64,000 nucleotides of DNA, taken from the NCBI GenBank assembly GCA_043228905.1, contig JBHGNT010000017.1:11532001-11596000 (forward strand), written 5' to 3'. The position numbers and the translations under genes are program-made. Source of the DNA: Azolla caroliniana (lineage: Eukaryota; Plantae; Polypodiophyta). A model generated the notes under the pieces. The model saw nothing but the letters and a program-made list of their open reading frames with translations. It was not told the DNA's origin and made no database searches. Shown here piece after piece: positions 23,162 through 36,299 of the stretch (the stretch's first letter is position 1; each line of letters starts with the position of its first letter).

Positions 23162-25060
23162 CTGTATGTTACGGTATTTGGTGGATTTTGCGACCCCATT
23201 ACACGCCATCGTACATCGTATGCCCTTCAAGTGGACGACAATTGAAGCAGAAGCTTACGACGCACTTAAGATAATGTTAACCCAAGCACCGGTCATACAA
23301 CCACCACATTGGGTGAAACCTTTTCATGTCTTTGTGGATGCCTCGGATATCGCAATAGGTAACGCATTGATGCAGCTCACAGAGCCGAATTGGTACAAAC
23401 TAGTCTATTACACCAGTCGTAAACTATCAACTGTTGAACAAAACTACTCCACAACTGAATGGGAGGCATTAGGGATGATATACAACATCAATAAATTCCG
23501 CCATTACATGCTAGGGCGCAAATTTATGTTTCACATAAATCACGCGGCGTTACTATACCTGGTTGAGAAATAGGCAGTAACAGGGAAGCTGGCCAAATGG
23601 ATGCTCTGCTCCAGGAGTTCGAATTCGTAATTCAGCATCGGCCAGGTACGCAGCATGCCATAGCGAAGTTCTTAAGTAGAATCGATAACGGAAAAAATGC
23701 ACGGAAGGATGACGACGACTTTCCCGACGCTGACATTCTGCGGATCGCGACTATAATGTCACGGGCGGAGTAAAATTTTCCGAATCACTGGCTGATGGAG
23801 ATGACGTACTTTCTGACCACGGGATTGCCGCAACTAAGGACAGACGAAAAGAAACGACCGGTTGTCCGCAATCGTAACTTTTGCCTGGTTGAAGGGGTCC
23901 TTTATAACAAGGGTAGTGATGGAATCTGACGACGCAGGATACGCCAGGATGAGAAGGAAGTTGTTTTGCGCGAATCTCACTGCGGTACGGCAAGAGGACA
24001 TTATGCGGGCGATGTTACGACCAGAAAAATATGGCAAGCAGGCTTATGGTGGCCAACCATGAAAAAGGATGCGTATTTGTACTAAAAATAATGCGATCTA
24101 TGTCAACGATTGGGGCAACCCACAGAGGTCGCAAGGATGCCACACCAACTGGTTCTTCTATTGGATCCATTCCAGAAATGGGGTCTTGATTTTGTCGGTC
24201 GCTTTACGCCAACAGCATCACAGACCGGCAATAGATATATTCTTGTGGCCATAGATTATTGCACTAAGTGGGTAGAAGCAAAAGCGCTACGGGACAATCA
24301 GCGGCATCCATGATGAAATTTCTTTACGAATACATCTAGTGTCGTTTTGGCTGTCCCATCGAGCTCATCAGTGATCAAGGGCCACTTTCTGAATTTGGTC
24401 ATCCATGAGTTGACACACCATTACACCATTGTTCATAAGAAGAGCACGCCGTATTACCTGTAGGAAAATGGGTTAGCAGAGTCTAGGAACAAAACCTTAC
24501 AGACCATATTGAAAAAGATCATGAGTGAGAATAGTGTTAGGATACCAAACTACACAGCGCTTTGTGGGCGTATCCGACGACCTACAAAACTAGCATACAG
24601 TCCACGGCTTTCCAGCTAGCATTTGGGTTAGAAGCCGTAATGCCCGTTGAATTCCAAGTGCCTAGTCTGAGGATTCAAGTACAGGACCGACTATCAAAAG
24701 ACAAGTCAGAGCAAATACGGCGAGGCTCGGGTCCGCAGTATGGCCATACTTGAGCAAGAGGAGCGATGACGTAAAGCATTTGTGGATTGGCATCCAGATG
24801 CACGAGAGAAAGACTTTGTAGTGGGGAAGGCTGTATTAGTTTTTTAAACACGCATGGGTCAAATGCCAGGGAAATTACGGTTCCGCTGGACGAGGCCGTG
24901 TTGGATAATTGGAGCGGAAAACAACACTTTCCAATTAGGTACCCTCGCCGGAGATATACTTCGACAGAAAATGAATGGGTTCCGATTAAAACCTTATCTA
25001 GGACCTACGCCCCCGAACCTGTTTCACGCCGTAATTGACACAATAGAAGACAGAACCAAT
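23162..25060 (+). pseudogene. pol: Gypsy subfamily B RNase H-integrase fragment
   Basis: FHVFVDASDIAIG, NYSTTE.EALG, WGLDFVG, LRFRWTRP (GPY/F region). Many lesions. Confidence 0.9.
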
Positions 25061-25069
25061 TGCGATACC

Positions 25070-25635
25070 AGATAGCGATTCCGCCAAACAAGAGGAGCCT
25101 TAGCCTAATTTGAATAATCCACCGGAGGTGACCACTACACCTATCAACGCTACGGAAGATACAGACAGGGAAGAGCCCCGTTCGAACGCTTGCCCATAAA
25201 TGGAAGAGCCAACGCCAGAACCTGGGAGGAATGACCCGAACAATGAACCAACTGAGCCGGTCCTGATCACACGGAGGGAGGATGACAACATGGGAACTCA
25301 CACATTGGCTGAGCATGGTGAAGTAGAAGACGCGCAATTGCATGAGCCGATCGAGCAAAGCAACGAAGCACCTACGGACGTCACACCATCTCTGGACCAG
25401 GTCATACGAACAATGCCAAACATCCTGGACTTCTTGGATGATGAGTAGAGGGATGGGTCTGATGTGCCATGGCACTATCGCACAGGCGGGCCAGGTGTTG
25501 TCCACCAGAATTGTAACCATCGAACATAACGCATAAAGAATAATATATATGAGAAAGCATTAAGAAATGTATGTAACGGTTCACGTGAGGAGCGTAACCG
25601 ACTAAAAGCCCTGTGTATATAAAGGGTGTATTCAC
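25070..25635 (+). mobile_element. eORF C-terminal remnant, tRNA-like motif (25453-25493) and start of a subfamily B 3' LTR (25496-~25635)
   Basis: Similar to 8200-8830. LTR start TGTTGTCC matches the minus-strand start at 55755. Confidence 0.75.
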
Positions 25636-25639
25636 GTGG

Positions 25640-26748
25640 TCTTATGAGGACATGCGGGGGTTAGATCCTCAGTTGTATCAACACTAGATACATCTGAGTA
25701 AGGATGCCAAGCCGGTGGCGCAACGGCGCTACCAGATGAACCGTAACTATGCAGCAAAAGTAAAGGATGAAATCGACAAATTGTTATGGGTAGGGTTCAT
25801 CCGACCAGTCAAGAAGGCGACATGGCTAAGTCTGATAGTCGTCGTACCAAAAAAGAACGGAAAAATCAGGGTATGTGTCAACTATCGGAAGTTGAATGCG
25901 GCAACGGTAACCGACGCCTTCCCACTCCCTTTTACGGATAGAGTCGTAGATGCAGTAGCTGGCCATGAAGTTTATAGTTTCCTAGACAGGTTCAACGGCT
26001 ACAATCATATCTGGATGCACCCCGACGACCAGGAGAAAACCGCCTTTGTGACTGAATGGGGAGTATTTGTCGCTGTAGTCATGATGTTCAGACTTAAAAT
26101 GGCACTGGCAACCTTTCAGCAGATAATCATGGAGATTTTCGGAGAATTTATTCCAACATTCATGCAGGTGTTACTAGACGAGATTTCGCCGTGTACAACC
26201 GGGGAGGGGAACACCTCCAACACCTCCGACTATGTCTTGAGAAATGTAGGATTTACCGTATAATGCCTTAACACGACGAAATGCGTGTTCGGAGTGTCAA
26301 GTGGTGCATTACTAGGCCACATCGTTAGCAAGGACGGTATTGCAGTAGACCCGGACAAGGTCAAAGCAATTTTGGGGGCACCGGCACCCACCACGGCGAA
26401 AGCATTGAGTCGGTTCCTAGGACAAATCCGGTGACATGGCCAGATGCTCCGGTATCTGGCAGACCTGGCCACACCATTGCATTCTGCGGTGCACCGGACA
26501 CCATTTCAATGGAAGGACATAGAAGAGAAGGCTTACCGGGCATTAAAAGTACTACTATCACAAGCACCGGTGGTGCAACCTTCGGATTGGTCTAAAGAAT
26601 TCCACGTATTCGTAGACGCGTATGACATAGCAATTGGGAGCGCATTAATGTAGCTTACCAAACCGAAGTGGTACCGGCCCGTGTATTATGCCAACCAGAA
26701 GCTATCCCAGGCGGAACATAATTACTCAACAACGGAAAGAGAAGCCTT
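25640..26748 (+). pseudogene. pol: RT and RNase H N-terminus of element A2
   Basis: VVVPKKNGKIRVCVNYRKLN, FLDRFNGYNHI, FHVFVDAYDIAIG. Confidence 0.9.
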
Positions 26749-27183
26749 TGTTAATCCTTAGGGCCGGACAACAGCCTAACACGGGGTGTCCACTTAAGAT
26801 ACTTCACCAAAGGGTGTTACGGCGAGATAACTTATGACACAACGCTTAATTGGTTACTTAGCAATACATCATTAACACGCGTAAGATATACAATAAGCAC
26901 AAAACGGTGAACAATACTCAATGATTAAACAAAAGGTTTATATTACTCTCCGTTAATGACTACATTATAACCGGGCCTTTATATAGGTCACCGGTGTGAA
27001 GTACAAAACGGTGCCAACCGGCACCTTTTCGGGATCGGTCTGGATCCAAATCGGCATACCGATTCTAGTCTGTTCGTCCACGTTTTCTCATATATTAATC
27101 TATATATTAAGACTAGTAATTTGAACAGATTCCTAAATAACCATTCCCCTTTTCACACCCTGGGCTTTGCTGGCCGGGTAAAA
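26749..27183 (-). repeat. 3' LTR of A1
   Basis: Direct repeat of 35866-36299. Minus-strand CTATATAAAGG. Confidence 0.93.
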
Positions 27184-27185
27184 CA

Positions 27186-27226
27186 TGGCACGCCCGTGGG
27201 ACAGTACCTTGTTCGTCGAATCCCAC
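27186..27226 (-). other. tRNA-Arg-like 3' motif at the PPT position (A1)
   Basis: Minus strand GTGGGATTCGACGAACAAGGTACTGTCCCACGGGCGTGCCA, 2 nt before the LTR. Confidence 0.85.
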
Positions 27227-27319
27227 ACCGGCCCCTTACTCTTCGTTCAAGATATCCAGGATGCTTTGCTCCAGGGTCTCCAGTGGTTCTACAGGAATCT
27301 GTTGTGGCTGCTGTTGCTG

Positions 27320-29600
27320 CTAATGCGGCTGCTCCGATTGTGGCTGGGGTTGCTTCTCCGTTTGTGGCTCCGACTCTGGCTGCGGCTCCGATGGTTGCTC
27401 TAGCACCGGCGTTTCCTTGGTTGTTTCCTCCGTCGGAGTTGTCTCTGGTTGACTTACCCCAGCCTGGTCTCTGTCTAGTCCTTGTACCGGCGACGGTTCC
27501 TCATCATTGAGGTTGACCGTTGCCGCCTGCCTTGCTTTTTCTTCCCTAAGCCGGGACTGCTCATAGCTCTCAAACTGGATTTGAGCATCCATTCGATCGT
27601 CATCCAGTTCAGCTATGAGTTTCCGGACCTACACCAATTGCTCATCCGCTAGAGCTGTGACATCTTCTGCCAGCTCATCCTTTATGGCGGTGAAGTCCTC
27701 CGATGTGAGCATGTAACAATCGTCACCTTCCTTTCGCCGGTTTTCGGCGTCGGCCTTGAGCAACTGGAGTTCATCCGTATTCTGCACCCATCTCATCCAC
27801 CATCGCACGGAGCTCTCATCAATCAAGCGTTTGGTCTTGTTTAGCCATGACCGGAGGATGCACTGGATCCGTTCCATTCCCATCTGTGATTTGTTCTCCG
27901 CGGCTTGTTGCTCCTCCTTCAATTGCTTGATGGTTCTAATCGTGTCCGCCTCCTGCTCCCTATAATGCGACAATTGACTCTGATAGGTTGTTTGCAACCT
28001 CTGTAACACCATTGTCACCCTCTCCTTTTCTTCATTGTGCTGCTTCTGGAGGTCCATCTGGTCCCTCGCCGCTTCCTCCCATAGCTTTGTATTCTCAGCC
28101 CGTTCGTTGGTGAGTGCCGTTGTGGCCCTATCAACTTCCTGCCGGAGCTCGGCCATCCTTTCCTGCTGTTGCTTATACTCTGTGTCCAAGCTCTTAAAGT
28201 TACGGTGCAGGTGGTTGAAGTCCTCTGTCTTCTGCTTCAGCCTCTGGTTGATTTGCCGGCGAGCGTGGTCTTCCCGGTTCTTTTGTTGACGGAGTTCTTC
28301 TTTCAGCCTTTCGATTTCCGTTTCTGCCATCGGTCGCAGCTTGTCCTTCTCCAGCAACAATTTTTCTTTTTCCTCCTTTAGCTGGTCGTAAGCTTGATGC
28401 CCTTTCCACAAATTTTCTTCTACCTGGCGGAGGTTTCCAAGAGTTTTCCTTAACTCCTCTTCTGCCGCTTTCTTCAAATCTCGTTCGCGGCTCCGTAGTG
28501 CTTCTTGTGCGGCAAGTTCGTCCCTTAATTCGGCAAGATCTTGGGCTTGCGCCGCATCTTTCTCTGGGATGGTTTCTGTCTCCGGGGTCTTATTCGTATG
28601 TACAGGCGTGGTTGTTTCTTTATTCTGTACATCCACCGGAGTCACCGGTGCTTGGATTTGTGTTGCGGCTAAGGCCATTTTTGCCATGTCTTCTGTGACC
28701 CGATCCAAGTCTTGTTCAAGGCACCGGATCCTTGACCGGGCCGTCTCTAGTTCATCGGTTGTGATTAGCAACCGTTCCATCTGCACTCGTGCTTCAGCCT
28801 CTACATACAGTATGACTCCGGCAACCTGCTCTCCTATCCACCGGAGCCATTGGCTGCCGGTACCCTGTTGTTGCGCCTGCATGAAGGGTTGGCTGATGGG
28901 TTCACTTGCCAGTGGCTAGTCCCGTGTAACTGCGTCGAGCTGCACTTCTTGCTCTGCCTGCTGACCACATTGCTATTCGGGTTCCGGTTTTGTTTCGGCT
29001 TGTTCTTGGCCGACTGAGGAAGGTGGCACATGCCTTACTGGCGCTTGTGTTTCGGGGCTTGCCGGTATTGCCCATTGTACAGGGGCCAATAGGGTGAGCC
29101 ATTGCGCCACCACATGCCATATTTTCCGGCCTTCTTTGGCTTCCTTACCTCTTACGGTGTTAATAGCTGCACACAATTCGTCGGCGATCAGCACCAGCCC
29201 ATCCACCTTGACCCCTTCGTATGTTGCGATGATCAAGCCTACTCGGTTCTCAGGCATAACGGGGGGTCGAGGATATACGTGGCCGAACTCATGGAGTACA
29301 CGAGCAATTTCTCGGAATAACATATCTTCTCCGCCCTGTGTCCTATAGCCCTTGCTGGCCAGAGAATATTCGCCGAAGTATTTGATGAGCCGTTCGAAGG
29401 AAGGATTGTCAATAGTATATATGCCCCCCTCCGGAAGGCTTGTTAGTGCACGGATCGCTTCCTCCGTGATCAGCTCGGTGTCAATTTCTTTGATGATCTT
29501 GTTGGCTTCTGTGTGGTGGTGCATCCATGATTGTGAGGAACCCCTCCAATCCGTGTTGTCGTAGCCATTTCTTGGCGGCCTCCGAGAAAGTCTGGCAGTC
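27320..29600 (-). pseudogene. Extra ORF after integrase: conserved N-terminal domain plus long coiled coil, function unknown
   Basis: ORF pieces 28973..29524, 27629..28882 and 27320..27592 are collinear with 46848-49388. E/K/Q/L heptad-like composition. Confidence 0.85.
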
Positions 29601-30179
29601 CATGTCTTCTGCGTTGAGGTCGGATAGCGTCGGTGAGGGCTGTGTATGAGGAAGCTCTATGTGAGGAAGCTCTGTGTGTGTTGGCTCTCTTCTGATGATC
29701 TTCATGCGCCTGTGTGCGTGTGTGCTCCTTGGTTCACGAAAGAAGAAGGTCTCGATGCAGGGGGTATTTTCTCTCTGCATCTTGGCGCCTTTTTCGAGCC
29801 TACGCATGTGCAGGTCGTGTACTATAATAGCATTATGTGCCATGTGGCGGTGTTTTAATGCCCTTTTCATAGCCTCCTCGTACCTTTTCAAAGTGCCTCT
29901 TTACTCCTCGTTTGCATGGCCGTTCCCATCACTCCTTTGCATGATTTCTTTGATTCGATTCGATTTATTTATTTTGTTAGGTTAATTCATCTCCGGTCCT
30001 AACGGACCCTTACCCGAATGAGGAATCTTGCTGGCCTCGTGATGGTTTGCCGTTCTGTTATCCAACCCGTGTGCCGGCTCTTTGTCCCCCTTACTGGCTT
30101 CGTTGTTGCTGATTGCTAATCGGGTTGCTGTTGTTTCCTGTATTCCGGTATCTGGTTCGGCATCGGCCTTTCCTTGTTC

Positions 30180-33100
30180 AAATGGGTTCCTCGGCATGGG
30201 TCCCTTGTATGGCTTTAGTCGAAATCCGTTGAACCACTTACCCAGGACTTCGCCGGCAAGTGTCCCTAACTAGTAGGATCCATTGAACTCCCGTGTGATC
30301 CAGTACGGTCCGGTCCACCGAAACCGTAGTTTCCCCGACATCTTTCCCATCCGGGTTTGGAACACTAGTACGAGCTTGCCAATTCCAAACATCTTTTCAT
30401 TTCCTTTTCGGTGGCGATCCACAAACGTCTTTCTTCGCCGCTGCTCCAGTTCCAGCTGCATGATACTTGCTAGTCGGTGTTCTTCTAGTTCACACAGAGC
30501 TGCTAATCGAATTGCCTCCGATTCCTTTTCGTTTAACCGTTCCCTAATTTGAATCCGCAAGCTCGGGACCTGGAACTCTACCGGCATGACGGCCTCCAAT
30601 CCGAATGCTAGCCGGAACGGTGTGGTTTGGATGCTTGTTTTGTAGGTTGTTCGGTAAGCCCAGAGTGCGCTATTCAATTTCGTATCCCAATCTATCTGGT
30701 TTTCGTTGATGATTTTCCGAAGGATATTCTGTAGCGTTTTGTTCGTCGACTCGGCTAACCCGTTTGCTTGCGGATAGTATGGCGTGCTCCATTTATGCAC
30801 CACGGCATAGAACAACGTCAAGCTTTCCACCACTTGGCCGAGGAAGTGCCCTCCTTGGTCACTTATTAGCTCAATCGGGCATCCATACCTGCACCAGATG
30901 TATTCATACAAGAATTTCGTCGTCGACGTCGTGGTGTTGTCGCACAAGGCTTTGGCTTCTACCCATTTCGTGCAGTAATCCATAGCTACGATCACATACT
31001 GGTTGCCGGTTCTCATTGCCAGTGGTTTGAATGGACCCACAAAGTCCACCCCCCATTTCTGAAATGGTTCTAACGGCAGTACCGGCTGGTGCGGCATCCT
31101 AGCTTGTTCGGTTGGCTGGCCCATTCGCTGACATAGATCGCATTCTTTAGCGTACCGGACCGCGTCTTTCAATGTTGTCGGCCACCATAGGCCACTTTGC
31201 CATATCTTCCTTGTCGTAGCATTTCCGGCGTAATGGCCTCCGACGACTCTGCAGTGTGCTTCTCGTAGTATTATATCCTTCTCGTCGTTGGGCACCGCCC
31301 GTCGCCATATACCGTCCGTGACTTTGTGGTATAGCGTGTCCCGTACTAAACAGAAGTGTTGGCTTTGTACCGCCAGGCGTTTCCTCTCGTCCCAGTTCAT
31401 CTCGTTCGGAGGCAATCCGGTGCTCAGAAATTGTTGCATATTTGTCAGCCACTTATCTTCTTGTGCCACTGTTACATCTGTTGTCGTTTCCCCGGTGACT
31501 CGAAATAGCTCAGCATCCGGAAACTCGTCTGGGACTCCATCACCAGTCTCGCCGGAATCGAACAGGCTCAAATAGTCTGCTGTTGCGTGTTGTATGCCGG
31601 GTCGGTGGAATATTTCGAACTCAAATTCTTGCAATAGTAACGTCCACTGTGCCAACTTACCGGTTAGTGACGCTTTGGAAACTAAATAGAGGAGTGCCGA
31701 ATGATCTACGTGGAAGGAAAATTTCCTTCCTATCAAATAATGTCTGAACTTTGTCACGATGTAGATCATGCCCAAAGCTTCCCTTTCTGTGGTGGAATAA
31801 TTTCGTTCTGCTTGGGATAACTTTCGGGTTGCGTAATATACGAGCCGTTACCACCTTGGCTCCGTAAGTTGCATCAGCGCACTTCCGATTGCAATGTCAG
31901 ACGCATCCACGAACACATGAAACTCCTTAGCCCAATCCGGAGGTTGCACTACCGGCGCTTGCGATAATAGTACTTTGAGTGCCCGGTACACCTTGTCTTC
32001 GGTGTCGGTCCACTGGAACGGTGTTCGGTGTACCGCAGCATGAAATGGTGTAGCCAGGTCCACCAGATACCGGAGCATTCGGCTATGCCACCGGATTTGG
32101 CCTAAGAAACGGGTTAATGCCTTGGCCGTTGTTGGTGCCGGTGCCTCCAAGATTGCTTTTACTTTGTCCGGGTCCACAACAATTCCTTCCTTGGTCACAA
32201 TGTGTCCTAATAGTGCCCCGCTTGACACTCCGAATACACACTTTGCTGGATTCAAGCTTAGCTGGTAAGCCCAACATTTCTCTAGACATAGCCGGAGGTG
32301 CTGAAAGTGATCTCCTTCCCAGCTATAGACGGTGAAGTCATCCAGAAACACGTGCATGAATGCCGGTATGAATTCTCTGAATATTTCCATGATGATCCTC
32401 TAGAACGTTGCCGGCGCCGTTTTTAGTCTGAACATCATTACTACGGCAACAAACACTCCCCATTCGGTGACGAAAGCCGTTTTCTCTTGGTCATCAGGGT
32501 GCATCCAGATCTGGTTGTATCCGCTGAATCCGTCTAAGAAACTGTATACCTCATGGTCGGCGACTGCGTCCAAAACTCCATCCGTAAATGGGAGTGGGAA
32601 TGCATCTATTACCGTCGCCGCGTTTAGCTTACGGTAGTTGACACAAACTCTAATTTTGCCGTTTTTCTTTGGTACGACTACTATCGGGCTCAACCATGTA
32701 GATTTCTTTACTGGGTGGATAAAGCCAACCCTCAACAACTTGTCGATTTCCTCCTTGACTTTGGCGGCGTAATTTGGATTCATCCGATACCGTCGTTGCT
32801 ACTAGTTTGGCGTCTTTGCTCAAATGTATCTGATGCTGATATAGCTAAGGATCGAGCCCTCGCATATCCTCGTAAGACCAGGAAAACACGTCCCGAAATT
32901 ATTTGAGAAGTGTAATCATCGCCGTGTTGTTCTCTGCAGTCATTTCCTTGGCGATGTGCACCGCTCTCACTTCTTCTGTAGCTCCTAGATTCACCTCCTC
33001 TAGTTGGGATGCTTTAACCTGTTGCGATATGGCCATTTCTCTTTCCAGCGCCTCCTGTGCTTGCCGTAGCTCCCGGATCACTTCTTTATTTGGTTCCTCG

Positions 33101-33816
33101 TCAGCTCCGTCCGGTGGCAGTATATATGGTGATACGGCTTTGGCTATGTCGATTTCGAACAGAGGTACGATCTTTGGATTATCCTGCAAGTATTGATCTA
33201 CCTCTTCGTTTGCTAATCCGTCCAACATATTGACGCATTCAGCATATAGGGGTGTCAATTCCTTCCCGGTACCTGTCCATGGTTGTGTTAGTACTCGTAC
33301 TTTTGCTTTTCCCCGCCGGAAGGTGAATATATTCTTCCTCCAGTTTTGTTTAATGTGCGTCGTTTTCAACCACGGCCACCCCAACAATAGTGGGTAAGCT
33401 CCTTGTGCCTGTAGTTGTAGCACTACTGCCGAGATGCGACATGTGTGGCCGCCGATCATTACATCCAAATCTCGTATCAAGCCGGTCGGTCGCACTGACC
33501 TTGTATCCGCCATCCGCAGCCAGAACAGGCATGGTTCCCACTCTTGGATTCCCAAGGTTTTGCACGTTCGGAGGCTAATCACATTGACGCCGGATCCTCC
33601 ATCTATTATTGTTCCGGGTAACTCCTTTCCCTTCACGATGGCTGTAATCACCGGACTGTTTGTGTCTACTACCGCCGGTCCCTCCTCCGGATTTGAGAAG
33701 AATGTTGGAGCGGGTGGTGTTTCTCCTGCCGTCATACCTGTCTTGAGTCCTTCTGTGAATCTGGGCACTAGCTGTAGGAGCTGTCCTAATGGCAGCGTGA
33801 TTTGGCATTCCTGCAA
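30180..33816 (-). pseudogene. pol: pol of A1 (protease, RT, RNase H, integrase)
   Basis: IIDGGSGVNV; FLDGFSGYNQI; VFLDD; VDASD; HC..GGHY..CDLC; WGVDFVGPF; SDQG; RWTGPY. Confidence 0.93.
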
Positions 33817-33849
33817 TGCCTGCCATGTCGCATTTTTGGGCTGACTGCC

Positions 33850-35810
33850 GTTAGCGAGCTCTTCGGTATTTTCCTTTTGCTATGCAAGCTTAGCCATGTT
33901 TCACGCATTCGCCTTTGTTTCCATTCGATTGCCTGTTTGCGGATGGCCTCTTCTGCCTCCCATTCCGTCACCTTACCCTTCGATCTTGTGGTTACCTGCT
34001 GCAGGTCTACGACTTTGGCAACTACCATATTCACCGTCGGTCGTTTATCATAGCTCTTTGTCGGGCATTGATTACTATAATGTCCTTCTTGTTGGCAATA
34101 GTAGCAATATGCTTTCCGGGAGGTGCTGGATTCGGCGTTGTTTCCTGCTCAAGCTGGAGGACCTGGGCTAATGGCGGGGCTTTGATCCGGTTGGTTGCTT
34201 CAGGTGCCCTTCTTTGGTTCCCGTAGGTGACCCCTTTTCTTGAAATAGCGTTTCTTTTTGTTCCGATACTCTTGACGGGGTTGCTCATCATGTCTGAGGT
34301 AGGCTTCCCGTCGTTGGTTGTAACCGGGGGATTGGTCCCGATTGTATCTTTCATACCGTCCATTGTAATCCCGGTACCGATCATATCTCTCATACCGGTC
34401 AGGGTTGTCCCTGTACCGGACATCCTATGCCGGTCGGCATCGCTCTTCTCGCCTCCAACGTTCTTCTTCCTCCTCCTTGGTACTCCGTGGTTCGATTTGC
34501 CGAACTGGTGGTGCTTGGCGATTCAACAAATTGTACTCACACAGCTCCATTGTGTGGGTCCTAGAATGGCACAGTAGACATTGCGACTGCATGGTATATT
34601 CTAGTGCTGAGTGTTCAGCATTTAGGCATGTTGTGCATTGAATGGCTTGTCGAAACCGGAGATCCTCATTGGTTGGTAACGCTCGTTGGAGTGCTCCCAT
34701 TGTTAGCCAAGAGCTTGTTTTCTCCATTTCTCTAATCCGGTCGACGGTACTTGTGCAAAAGTCGATGACCGTGCATACCGTCCGTAGAGGTTCCCGGATC
34801 GCGGCTAAGAATATAGCCCGTGTTTCTTCCTCCGGAGGTGCTTGGGTAAGCTGACTATGCATCCGTTGAAACCGGATGACAAATTGCAGAATGCTCTCCC
34901 CAGTGTCCTGCCGGATGGTATAAAATAGGCCCACCATTTCTCTCTAGTCCACCTCCTTCTAAAAGAAGTGCAAGAATTTAGCTTTCAGGTCCACAAAGGT
35001 GGTGATGGTGCTGGGGTCCTACGTCTGGTGCCATCTGGCGGCCGGTCCTTCCAATGTCACGCCGAATTCGGCTATCTTAGATCATTCCTCTTCAACTGTG
35101 GTTAACCGTTGTGACACATGGTTCGCCTCCCATGTTTGTTGAAAAGTGTGAACATGAGCCTCCGCGTCCGGGTCATCCCTATACTTGGGGTACTGGAACG
35201 GCATGTCGTCGTTTGGTGTTGGTGCGCGGGTTGGTGGTGTCGGTGGTCTTTCCTGCTCTTCTATCGGCTTCGGAGGTCGTTGCTGGTCCTCTGTCAGAGT
35301 CGGAGGCCTTTGTCGATCCCCCTTCGGTGTTGTCGGCTCGACTTCCGGTATCGGAGGTCTTTCTTTGTCCTCTTCCGTCTCCGGAGGTTGCTCCACGTCT
35401 AGTGCCGGAGGTTCCCGGCCTGACAATTCTGGTTCCGGTGTCGGTAATGTATCCAACTCCTCGTCCTCCGGTCTTTCCGGGGTGTCGTTACTGCTACGAT
35501 AGTTCGTGTGCACGCTATAACCCCCTTCCAAATCCGATTCCAGCACCGAAAATGCTTCGGATTCGCCGCCTCCTCCGGCCAATGCCTGGAGAAGGGATTC
35601 CACTTCCCGGAGACTGCTTAAGCTGCTTCCTTCGTCCGGGTAGGCGTTTTGTTGCAGACGGAGCGACTCCGCCACTTTCTGGATAACTTTGGAAAATGAT
35701 TGATCTAATCGGATTTCTTCTGCCGCTTGGTGGAAAGCCTCTCGCCGCCTTCCCCGTTCAACAAGTTGACTTGCTCTCTCCGTAACCGGGTCGTTCGTTG
35801 GCGTAGTCAT
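33850..35810 (-). pseudogene. gag: gag of A1 (fragmented)
   Basis: YPKYRDDPDAEAHV; IRQDTGESILQF; tandem Cys/His knuckles CTTCLNAEH and CLLCHSRTHTMELC. Confidence 0.85.
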
Positions 35811-35847
35811 CCATTCCCACCGCTGTTCACTGCGATTGTGCAGGAAT

Positions 35848-35858
35848 TGTGGTCGCCA
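35848..35858 (-). other. PBS, tRNA-Arg(UCG)-type
   Basis: Minus strand TGGCGACCACA, 7 nt from the 5' LTR. tRNA identity is from the recalled plant tRNA-Arg(UCG) 3' end. Confidence 0.75.
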
Positions 35859-35865
35859 AAAACTG

Positions 35866-36299
35866 TGTTAATCCTTACGGCCGGACAACAGCCTAACATA
35901 GGGTGTCCACTTAAGACACTTCACCAAAGGGTGTTACGGCAAGATAACTTATGCCACAACGCTTAATTGGACCTTAATCGGTTACTTAGCAATACATCAT
36001 TAACACGCGTAAGATATACAATAAGCAAAGAACGGTGAACAATACTCAATGATTAAACAAAAGGTTTATATTACTCTCCATTAATGACTATATTATAACC
36101 GGGCCTTTATATAGGTCACCGGTGCGAAGTACAAAGCGGTGCCAACCGGCACCATCCGGATCCGGATCGGCATACCAATTCCGGTCTGTCCGTCCACATC
36201 TTCTCATATATTAATCTATATATTAAGACTAGTAATTTCAACAGATTCCTAAATAACCATTCCCCTTTTCACACCCTGGTCTTTGCCGGCCGGGTAACA
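35866..36299 (-). repeat. 5' LTR of A1
   Basis: TGTTA...TAACA termini. Confidence 0.93.

Larger units (their letters stand above)
26749..36299 (-). mobile_element. Full-length degenerate Athila/Tat-related gypsy element (A1), 9.55 kb
   Basis: LTRs at 26749-27183 and 35866-36299. TSD GCCTT/ACCTT. gag-PR-RT-RH-INT-eORF on the minus strand. No second RNase H or chromodomain seen. Confidence 0.95.

Noticed and set aside
26749-27202. Reading A1 as a plus-strand element with PBS TGGCACGCCCGTGGGAC
   Set aside because: All ORFs and the LTR TATA box are on the minus strand, and a separate PBS sits upstream of gag at 35848-35858. The motif is therefore at the 3' end.
27629-28882. Host SMC/myosin-like gene or env gene
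   Set aside because: It lies between INT and the LTR in several copies, and no ATPase motifs, signal peptide or transmembrane segment are seen.
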